A stretch of DNA of 64,000 nt from Pseudomonadota bacterium (lineage in GTDB: Bacteria > Pseudomonadota > Gammaproteobacteria > Burkholderiales > Methylophilaceae). Of this stretch, positions 53,448-61,173 are shown piece after piece. The DNA lies in NCBI GenBank assembly GCA_043779795.1, contig JAYWDO010000007.1:18157-82156 (forward strand). Direction: 5' to 3'. The translations under genes and the position numbers were made by a program. The notes beneath the pieces were generated by a model. That model was not told where the DNA came from. It saw only the letters and a program-made list of their open reading frames with translations, and did no database searches. The first letter of the stretch is position 1. Each line of letters begins with the position of its first letter.

Positions 53448-55064
53448 ATGCAATCAAAAAACTTAAAAATGGCGTTAAAACTTAACATCCCAACCCTTAA
53501 AGAAAAATCGATTCTAATGGCGGAAACTCGTCCACAGAAAATCAGTAAATCGTTAGAAGCACTGCATTCACAAAACCCATTAGATATTGCTGCGTACTTA
53601 CAAAGTGAGATGGAAATTCTCAATCGTCAGAAGGTTTCCGCCAGCAATAGAGTGCAGGCACTAGACAGCTACAGACCATTGCTATGGAGCACTTCTCAAG
53701 CACTTGCAGAAGATTATAGTAATGCAACCTTACCCTTGCATGATAAAGCTAGATTGGCAGCTAACGCAGCAGAGCTACTATGGCTTGAATTAGGCTATGG
53801 TTATAAATTAGCGTTAATTGATTTACAAAATCAGTTAATTAAACTAGGTTCGGACAAAAGCTCTGCGCATGCCATACAGCGCGCCATGCACGCCGTTGCG
53901 GAACACGCTTTGGTATGTTATCAAACTTATGTTGCGCCACCAGATCACATTTGGGGTGATTTACATCAGCTGTATTTTTGCGCGCTTCAACTTGGTATTC
54001 AAAATGTAAGTGTGCAGAATGCCAATATGGCTGCTGATAAAATAACGGCTGGCACTACGGCTAGCCTTGTCATTTCAATTGAAAATACTTATAAACATGC
54101 TTTGTTGATGTCGCTTGCCGATCCGCAACACCTCACGCAAAAAGACATTCGTTTAATTGCTGAGTATTTAGCATATCACGTTAAAAATGCCCAAATTACT
54201 GCTGTAGAACCAATAGAATCAAAACCAACTACGTTTACAATCAACCTAAACTCAAATGACCCGCCAATACCCTACAGCAAACAAAAAGAGGCACCAGATC
54301 CATCAACTAATGTTCTACTGCAAACAATCGATCTTGTTCGAGCAATCCATCAAGATTTAACTACATTACAAAAGTTTCAGTCACCTAAAGATGGCAGTAT
54401 TCCTAGTGATGCAAACCGCGATGATTACATCGATCTACTGTCTTATTTAATTCAACATTGGGGGATTATCCCTAAACGTTTTTACAATCGTTCTCCGAAA
54501 AATGGTGAGCTTGAATTGGTTTCAGGTATTTTTGCCGCATATCAAGCATCTCACTCTGGTATTAACCTCGCAAATGACAGTGCTAGCATCGTTTTAAATT
54601 CCCCTGTAAATGCTCAGCCGGTAATGCCGTCACGCTGGCAAATATTGAACATCAGCGCAAATGGCATGTCTGTACGTCGCCATCCAACAGCTGACAAAAA
54701 TATCAAAATCGGCAGTTTGTTAGGCATTAAAACAAAAGGTGAGAAAAATTGGTCACTAGCTGTAGTGCGTTGGGCAAGCTGCAGTAGCAAAGAGCGGCTG
54801 GACATTGGCATACAACTCATTGCGCCTCAAGCACTGACCGCTACAGCACAGATTAATGGCATGAACCATGATGAATTGGTACTACTTTTGCCAGAGATAA
54901 GCGCGGTAAATCAGATTGCTACGCTAATTGCCCCCAAAAGTACTTATGGCCCGGCACGACAATTAACATTAACTTACGGCGATCAAACAAAGCGCATTAT
55001 GCTGACCAAGCTGATCGAACATTCTCACCATTTTGAACGCATTCAATTCAGCGAAATTAGTTAA
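53448..55064 (+). CDS. Conserved hypothetical helical protein with a C-terminal PilZ-like domain
   Basis: 538-aa ORF (alternative start 53469); WGDLHQLY, LADP, RFYNR (RxxxR), NISANG (D/NxSxxG), VVRW. Confidence 0.75.
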   Translation: MQSKNLKMALKLNIPTLKEKSILMAETRPQKISKSLEALHSQNPLDIAAYLQSEMEILNRQKVSASNRVQALDSYRPLLWSTSQALAEDYSNATLPLHDKARLAANAAELLWLELGYGYKLALIDLQNQLIKLGSDKSSAHAIQRAMHAVAEHALVCYQTYVAPPDHIWGDLHQLYFCALQLGIQNVSVQNANMAADKITAGTTASLVISIENTYKHALLMSLADPQHLTQKDIRLIAEYLAYHVKNAQITAVEPIESKPTTFTINLNSNDPPIPYSKQKEAPDPSTNVLLQTIDLVRAIHQDLTTLQKFQSPKDGSIPSDANRDDYIDLLSYLIQHWGIIPKRFYNRSPKNGELELVSGIFAAYQASHSGINLANDSASIVLNSPVNAQPVMPSRWQILNISANGMSVRRHPTADKNIKIGSLLGIKTKGEKNWSLAVVRWASCSSKERLDIGIQLIAPQALTATAQINGMNHDELVLLLPEISAVNQIATLIAPKSTYGPARQLTLTYGDQTKRIMLTKLIEHSHHFERIQFSEIS

Positions 55065-55088
55065 GTTTATTTTTATTATTATTTACAC

Positions 55089-55117
55089 TTCACTAAAACA
55101 GTTTTTTTCGTTACGAT
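55089..55117 (+). promoter_or_regulatory. Candidate sigma70 promoter of trxA
   Basis: TTCACT-17 nt-TACGAT. Confidence 0.4.
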
Positions 55118-55157
55118 ACGTATTTATACTATAAGTATTATTAAATAGAGGTTTTTC

Positions 55158-55484
55158 ATGAGCGAGCACATCACACACCTTAGCGATGCAGGATTTGAAC
55201 AGGACGTTTTGCAGTCACAACTTCCTGTATTGGTAGATTACTGGGCAGAATGGTGTGGTCCATGCAAAATGATTGCACCAATTTTAGATGAAATATCTAA
55301 AGAGTATGCAGGCCGCCTTAAAGTTGCCAAACTGAATATTGACGACAATCAATTAACGCCACCAAAATACGGCATTCGCGGCATTCCAACGTTAATGTTA
55401 TTTAAAAATGGTAACGTAGAAGCGACTAAAGTAGGTGCTTTATCTAAATCACAATTAACTGCATTTATTGACAGTAACATCTAA
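55158..55484 (+). CDS. trxA: Thioredoxin
   Basis: [15 protein letters not shown]; upstream of rho. Confidence 0.98.
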   Translation: MSEHITHLSDAGFEQDVLQSQLPVLVDYWAEWCGPCKMIAPILDEISKEYAGRLKVAKLNIDDNQLTPPKYGIRGIPTLMLFKNGNVEATKVGALSKSQLTAFIDSNI

Positions 55485-55505
55485 ACCCATTACGCTACGG
55501 CAATT

Positions 55506-55549
55506 GTTACAAATGCTTAATTAATTAAAAACAATTATGCATTTGTAAC
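55506..55549 (+). other. AT-rich stem-loop between trxA and rho
   Basis: GTTACAAATGC...GCATTTGTAAC, 11-bp perfect outer stem with no U tail. Confidence 0.5.
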
Positions 55550-55633
55550 CGCAATAATTAACAGCAATAGCAATAAATTTAAGTCAGTAGTTTTCAGCCA
55601 TTCCCACACATATTCTTGTTCTAGTGAGCCTCC

Positions 55634-56893
55634 ATGCACTTATCCGACCTTAAACACCTACCCGTTACCGAGCTAGTTGAAATGGCAATTGCAGATGAAA
55701 TCGAAAATGCTAGCCGCATGCGCAAGCAAGATTTGATTTTTGCCATTTTGAAACACAAAGCCAAAAAAGGTGAAAGTATTTTTGGCGATGGTACGCTTGA
55801 AGTGCTACAGGATGGATTTGGGTTTCTGCGCTCACCAGACACATCCTATTTAGCTGGGCCAGATGATATTTACGTATCACCATCGCAAATCCGCCGTTTC
55901 AATCTGCATACTGGCGATACAATTCAAGGTGAAATTCGCATCCCTAAAGATGGTGAACGTTATTTTGCACTGGTTAAAGTAGATGTAGTGAATGGCGAAG
56001 CGCCAGAAAACACTAAACATAAAATCTTATTTGAAAACTTAACACCGCTATTCCCAACTATACCGCTCACATTAGAGCGCGACATCAAAGGCGTAGAAAA
56101 TATCACTAGCCGTGTGATTGATATGATTGCACCAATTGGTCGCGGACAACGTGGATTACTGGTTGCCAGCCCGAAAAGCGGTAAAACAGTAATGATGCAA
56201 AATATTGCACACGCAATTACAGCCAATCATCCTGATGTGATTCTAATCGTACTATTGATTGATGAGCGTCCTGAAGAAGTAACAGAAATGACGCGCTCTG
56301 TAAGAGGTGAAGTTGTTGCTTCCACCTTTGATGAACCTGCAACACGTCACGTACAAGTTGCCGAAATGGTCCTTGAAAAAGCAAAACGTTTAGTTGAACA
56401 CAAAAAAGATGTCGTGATTTTGTTGGATTCTATTACCCGGTTAGCACGCGCTTACAACACGGTAATACCTTCTTCAGGTAAAGTATTAACCGGTGGCGTT
56501 GATGCTAATGCACTACAGCGCCCTAAAAGATTCTTCGGTGCAGCGCGTAACATTGAAGAAGGCGGTTCGCTTACCATTATTGCTACGGCATTGGTAGATA
56601 CTGGCTCACGCATGGATGATGTGATCTATGAAGAGTTCAAAGGTACGGGCAATATGGAAATTCATCTTGATCGCAAAATGGCTGAAAAACGTCAATACCC
56701 TGCAATTAATGTCAATAAATCTGGCACGCGCCGTGAAGAGTTATTGATCGAAAAAGATGTATTACAGAAAATCTGGGTGCTACGTAAATTACTTTACCCA
56801 ATGGATGATATTGAGGCGATGGAGTTCTTGCTAGATAAAATCAAAGCCACTAAAAACAATGCTGACTTTTTTGACAGCATGCGTAGAGGTTAA
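55634..56893 (+). CDS. rho: Transcription termination factor Rho
   Basis: [37 protein letters not shown]. Confidence 0.99.
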   Translation: MHLSDLKHLPVTELVEMAIADEIENASRMRKQDLIFAILKHKAKKGESIFGDGTLEVLQDGFGFLRSPDTSYLAGPDDIYVSPSQIRRFNLHTGDTIQGEIRIPKDGERYFALVKVDVVNGEAPENTKHKILFENLTPLFPTIPLTLERDIKGVENITSRVIDMIAPIGRGQRGLLVASPKSGKTVMMQNIAHAITANHPDVILIVLLIDERPEEVTEMTRSVRGEVVASTFDEPATRHVQVAEMVLEKAKRLVEHKKDVVILLDSITRLARAYNTVIPSSGKVLTGGVDANALQRPKRFFGAARNIEEGGSLTIIATALVDTGSRMDDVIYEEFKGTGNMEIHLDRKMAEKRQYPAINVNKSGTRREELLIEKDVLQKIWVLRKLLYPMDDIEAMEFLLDKIKATKNNADFFDSMRRG

Positions 56894-56920
56894 ATCTGCA
56901 TATTGACCAACACATCATTT

Positions 56921-56956
56921 ATTCGCCTTGCCATGCAAGGCGAATGTAAATATAAT
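56921..56956 (+). promoter_or_regulatory. Palindrome after rho overlapping the rpmE2 promoter
   Basis: ATTCGCCTTGC-CAT-GCAAGGCGAAT (56921-45) containing -35 TTGCCA (56928-33), 17 nt, TATAAT (56951-56). Confidence 0.7.
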
Positions 56957-57040
56957 GCTGGGTTATTACAAAAGTACGCATATTTAAATGCGTATATTCA
57001 CTAGTGCCGTATCTTTCGGCAAAATATTGAGGCTAAAATT

Positions 57041-57283
57041 ATGAAAGATGGAATTCATCCAGAATATCGCGACGTTGTATTTCAAGACGTTGGCGCAGAC
57101 TTTACATTTATGACACGCTCTACTATCGCAGCTCGCGACAGCATTAAGTGGACTGACGGCAAAGAATACCCACTAGTTAAAATTGAGGTGTCTTCAAAAT
57201 CACACCCATTTTATACTGGCAAACAAATGATTTTAGATACCGCTGGTCGTGTAGATAAATTCCGTAAAAAATACGGCATGTAG
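57041..57283 (+). CDS. rpmE2: 50S ribosomal protein L31 type B (no Zn-ribbon Cys)
   Basis: [29 protein letters not shown]; no CxC/CxxC. Confidence 0.95.
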   Translation: MKDGIHPEYRDVVFQDVGADFTFMTRSTIAARDSIKWTDGKEYPLVKIEVSSKSHPFYTGKQMILDTAGRVDKFRKKYGM

Positions 57284-57327
57284 TAATCTATTTGCCATTT
57301 AGCACACAAGCTAACATCGCAATTATG

Positions 57328-57351
57328 AAGGCAGCTTAGGCTGCCTTTTTT
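57328..57351 (+). terminator. Intrinsic terminator after rpmE2
   Basis: AAGGCAGC-TTAG-GCTGCCTT followed by a T run. Confidence 0.88.
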
Positions 57352-57484
57352 ATTTTTGACACTATTTATGCAAGGCATAGCTAGAAATTTCAGCTACAGA
57401 CTGCAATCAGTTAAAATCTAGACTTGAAACATCATCGTTAACAATACTTATAATCACTAAAGATAAATACAGCCACTAAACATT

Positions 57485-59152
57485 ATGCGTTTTCAACTTG
57501 ATCATGACTGGCAAGGTAACATGTCAACCCCACGTGTACGCGTGGGAGACACTGCAAAAACACAGCTGTTGCTAGTGTTATGTGCCATCTGGATATTACT
57601 AGGTTTAATTGGTCACGCGCCTTGGAAGCCCCTAGAATCTACTAGCATTAGCATTGTTAAATCAATTTTAGATGGTGGCAGCTTAATAGCACCAATGGCA
57701 AGCGGAGAGACTTCAATTGAAGCACCGCCTTTATATTATTTAAGCGCAGTTGCTAGCGCAAAAGCTTTTTCTCCATTTTTAAACATTCATGACGGTGCCA
57801 GGTTAATCAACGCCATTTGGTTGTCGATTATATTACTGACGGTTGGCATGACTGGGCGAGAACTTTGGGGGCGCGGTACTGGGCGCCATGCAACGTTCAT
57901 TATGATCGGCACGATTGGCTTGGTGATAAGCGCGCACAGCTTAGTTAACGACGTTGCCAGCCTAGCATGCACAGCCACCGGGTTTTATGCTTTAGCGCTA
58001 TCAAAGCGGCAGCCTTGGCGCGCAAGTGGTCTTTTAGGTACAGCAATGGCCTTTGGCTTTTTATCTGACGGCTTGATGCCCTTACTGATACTGACAAGCA
58101 CCTCACTCATATTGCCTGTATTTTTCAGAGCTTGGCGTACAAGAAGTTTTACCACTGTGCTTGGCATTGCTTTTTTAAGCGCAACGCCATTAATCACAGC
58201 ATGGCTTTCGATGATGCATTATTATTCGCCAGATTTGCTCAATAATTGGTGGCAATCAACGCTCAACAGCTACCATCAAGATAATCACCTCTATTTTTTA
58301 CGTATTTTAATTTGGTACGCATGGCCAGCACTTCCACTTGCCTTACTTGGATTATGGCGTTATCGTCAGCAATTACTGCTAAAGCCAAAATTTCAACTCA
58401 TTATTAGCTTTTTTATCACTAGTCTTTTTTTACTAGGGTTTGGCGCTCCAGCAAAAGATATTAATGCCCTTCCACTATTACTGCCTCTGGTTGCCCTCGC
58501 CGCAGGTAGCGTGGAGCATCTTAAACGTGGCTTAGCTTCTGCTTTAAACTGGTTCGGCGTGATGTTATTCGGATTAATAGGTGTATTAATTTGGCTGGGC
58601 TGGTTAGCGATGATGACAGGCTATCCGGGTAAAATTAAAGTTAGAATGCAGTTTTTATCTGGCACTAATGAAATTCACTTTAGTGGGATTGCATTGATTA
58701 TCGCGTTGATCGTTTCTGCTATTTGGATTTCTGTATGCATACGCGCTAAACAAACTAATAAATCTACAGTCACCAACTGGGCGGTTGGTATGACCTTCGG
58801 CTGGAGCTTACTTATGACGCTCTGGTTACCGCTGCTTGATTCAGCTAAAAGCTACCAGCCGGTCTTTTCTAGCTTCCAAGCGGCTTTACCGAAAAAGTAC
58901 AACTGTATCAACAGCTTGAATGTGGCTCAACCGCAACGTTTACTGCTTAATTACTACACTAATGTTAAATTACAGCCATTTGAAACAAGGCAACAACTAA
59001 GCTGTGATTTATATTTACTGCAAGATGTAAAAGGGGTTGGCGAAATGCACCCAGGGCAAGAATGGGTGCAGATATGGAAAGGAAAACGTAATGCAGATAG
59101 AAAAGAGAGCTTTAGATTGTTTAAGCGCATTAAACAATTAAGGTCAGATTAA
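57485..59152 (+). CDS. ArnT/PMT-family (GT-C) membrane glycosyltransferase
   Basis: Multi-TM; HAPWKPLE, PPLYY, WYAWPALPLA; conserved position after rho-rpmE in betaproteobacteria. Confidence 0.82.
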   Translation: MRFQLDHDWQGNMSTPRVRVGDTAKTQLLLVLCAIWILLGLIGHAPWKPLESTSISIVKSILDGGSLIAPMASGETSIEAPPLYYLSAVASAKAFSPFLNIHDGARLINAIWLSIILLTVGMTGRELWGRGTGRHATFIMIGTIGLVISAHSLVNDVASLACTATGFYALALSKRQPWRASGLLGTAMAFGFLSDGLMPLLILTSTSLILPVFFRAWRTRSFTTVLGIAFLSATPLITAWLSMMHYYSPDLLNNWWQSTLNSYHQDNHLYFLRILIWYAWPALPLALLGLWRYRQQLLLKPKFQLIISFFITSLFLLGFGAPAKDINALPLLLPLVALAAGSVEHLKRGLASALNWFGVMLFGLIGVLIWLGWLAMMTGYPGKIKVRMQFLSGTNEIHFSGIALIIALIVSAIWISVCIRAKQTNKSTVTNWAVGMTFGWSLLMTLWLPLLDSAKSYQPVFSSFQAALPKKYNCINSLNVAQPQRLLLNYYTNVKLQPFETRQQLSCDLYLLQDVKGVGEMHPGQEWVQIWKGKRNADRKESFRLFKRIKQLRSD

Positions 59153-59195
59153 TCGGCTGAGTTCATTACAATTATTTAAATTGTATTAAAATAGC

Positions 59196-59936
59196 TTAAC
59201 TAGAGCAGACCATCTTACTGCCCGCCAGCAGCAACACCAAAGCCAGTAACTTTCTTATATTGGAATTAGCAAGGCGCCGACTTCCATATTCTGTTGCGGG
59301 ATTAATTGGTGTTTTAATCAAACAACCATCGTTACCAGCTGCACTACCTTATTGGGCGGTAGCCGCGATACTTGGCGGTTTAGTCGGGGCAGAGTTCACC
59401 AAAATAAATGCTACGGCCACGCCAGATATCACTTTAGTTTCTGCCCATTTAAAAAATAGTAATATTGGGCTTAAAAACACACCACCGCCAATACCGGTCA
59501 ATCCTGACAACATACCTAAAACCGCACCTAGACCTACCAGCACACCTGGCTTAGCCGCCGATTGATTAACGGAATAAGGCTTTGTCGATTGAGTAAAATA
59601 TGCCATGCCGCAAAAACTAGTACTAAGCCAACAATAGGTTTATAAAAATGATTTGGTAAACTCACTAACCCACCAATAAAAGCTACTGGAACAGAGGCGA
59701 TACTTAGCGGTAAAAATAAACGCCAAGAAAAGGCATCGGTACGATAGAATTTATAAATAGCAATTGATGCGACTAGGATATTCAGCACCAATGCAGCTGG
59801 TCGCATACTGGCTGGAGCAACATTCATTAGGCCATGGCAGCTAGATAAGCGGATGCACCGCCATGCCCTACCGATGAAAAGAGCATTGCCGCCAAAAAAT
59901 AAGCGGGATTAAAAAATAAACGTCTTGCGTCAGCAT
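59196..59936 (-). pseudogene. TauE/SafE (TSUP) sulfite exporter family pseudogene with three 1-nt deletions and a 96-bp internal inversion
   Basis: Pieces MLTQDVYFLIPLIF / LAAMLFSSVGHGGASAYLAAMA / MNVAP..AAWH / FTQ..GLTGIGGGVFLSP..ILVNS / [inverted VAGLIG..GGLVG] / AEYGSRRL..KMVCSS*. Confidence 0.88.
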
Positions 59937-59983
59937 TATTTTACTAGTTTTAGATTAGATGAGCACGATTGTAAATACAATCA

Positions 59984-60229
59984 TCATTTTTGATGGCTAC
60001 TGATATGATCTTTGATTGCGTCGCGGACAATAGGCTTAAGCCCATCTCCATTCTGCTCAATCACATGCGTTAGAATTTGGTCGCGCATACTGCTTGCCCA
60101 AAAACGCTCTAAGTGCTGCGCAATATCTTTTTTGGCTTGCGACTGGTCTGGAAATGATTTAAAGAAATCGCCGATTTGATTGGCCATGGCCACTAAATGT
60201 TCTATTTTCATACGTGAAATACTCTTCAA
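59984..60229 (-). CDS. fdsD: NAD-dependent formate dehydrogenase delta subunit
   Basis: LVAMANQIGDFF, HLERFW, MR; start may be 60211. Confidence 0.92.
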   Translation of the reverse strand: MKSISRMKIEHLVAMANQIGDFFKSFPDQSQAKKDIAQHLERFWASSMRDQILTHVIEQNGDGLKPIVRDAIKDHISSHQK

Positions 60230-60277
60230 ATTTCAATTGTTTTTAAGTTCGAGTCTTTACTCTTTGCCACTATTTTA

Positions 60278-61135
60278 CTACATTATATTTTCTGGATGCG
60301 AATACACCACGTAACTATTTTCGCGCGCAAATCCTACCAGCGTTAAATTGCATTGCTCGGCCACCCTGATAGCTAAACCAGTAGGTGCTGAAATTGCCAC
60401 CAGCATATTAATGCCGGCACTAGCAGTTTTTTGCACCATTTCATAACTTGCTCGGCTGGTAGTCAGTACAAAGCCTTGTTTACTTTGCTTTGACTTCAAT
60501 TGAGCTTTTTTCGCCATCGCACCAATCAACTTATCTAAAGCGTTATGGCGGCCGACATCTTCACGAATCAATTCAACATCGCCTTGCATATTAACCCAAG
60601 CACTAGCATGCGTAGCACCTGTAAGCGCTTGCAATCTCTGTTGCTGGCGAATACTTGCAAACGCTAAGTGAATCACCTGCCCTGCAATTTTCTCCGTTTT
60701 TTTACTCAGCTTTGTAATTGGAATACGCAAAGCTTGCTCTAAACTTTCACTGCCACACAAACCACAACCAGTTCGACCAGCCAGGCTACGGCGTTTTTCT
60801 TTTAGGTGCTGAAAACAGCTTGTTGCAATATCTAAATGTAATTCAAAACCTTGAGATTGCTGCACGACTTCTACACTGTATAAGTCACTAGGCGTATCTA
60901 ATATACCTTCACTTAAAGAAAATCCCAACGCAAAATCTTCAAGATCTTGTGGTGTTGCTAACATCACTGCATGTGAAATACCGTTGTAAACCAAAGCAAT
61001 CGGTACTTCTTCTGCAATTACATCCATCTTAGCTTCAACAATACCTGCTTGATGCTTGGCAACTGCATACTCTGCTGTGGCAGCATTGTTAAACATTATT
61101 GAAGAATCACAGAACTGCTTTATTTGAGTTTCCAC
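60278..61135 (-). CDS. fdhD: Formate dehydrogenase sulfurtransferase FdhD (FdsC)
   Basis: EEVPIAL, GFSLSEG, CGLCG, EDVGRHNALDK, RASYEMV. Confidence 0.96.
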   Translation of the reverse strand: METQIKQFCDSSIMFNNAATAEYAVAKHQAGIVEAKMDVIAEEVPIALVYNGISHAVMLATPQDLEDFALGFSLSEGILDTPSDLYSVEVVQQSQGFELHLDIATSCFQHLKEKRRSLAGRTGCGLCGSESLEQALRIPITKLSKKTEKIAGQVIHLAFASIRQQQRLQALTGATHASAWVNMQGDVELIREDVGRHNALDKLIGAMAKKAQLKSKQSKQGFVLTTSRASYEMVQKTASAGINMLVAISAPTGLAIRVAEQCNLTLVGFARENSYVVYSHPENIM

Positions 61136-61173
61136 TTAAATGCCTAACAAGTGCGTCATCACCCCAACAATCA

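Noticed and set aside
56950-57040. Zur box for the Zn-free L31 paralogue
   Set aside because: No convincing Zur palindrome; type B L31 after rho is commonly the housekeeping copy in betaproteobacteria
59260-59565. 101-aa + strand ORF as an independent gene
   Set aside because: Chimera of antisense TauE sequence and the inverted 96-bp TauE segment
59967-59982. Palindrome GATTGTA-AA-TACAATC between fdsD and the TauE pseudogene
   Set aside because: Single short AT-rich dyad; spacing differs from the argA boxes and it matches no motif I can name
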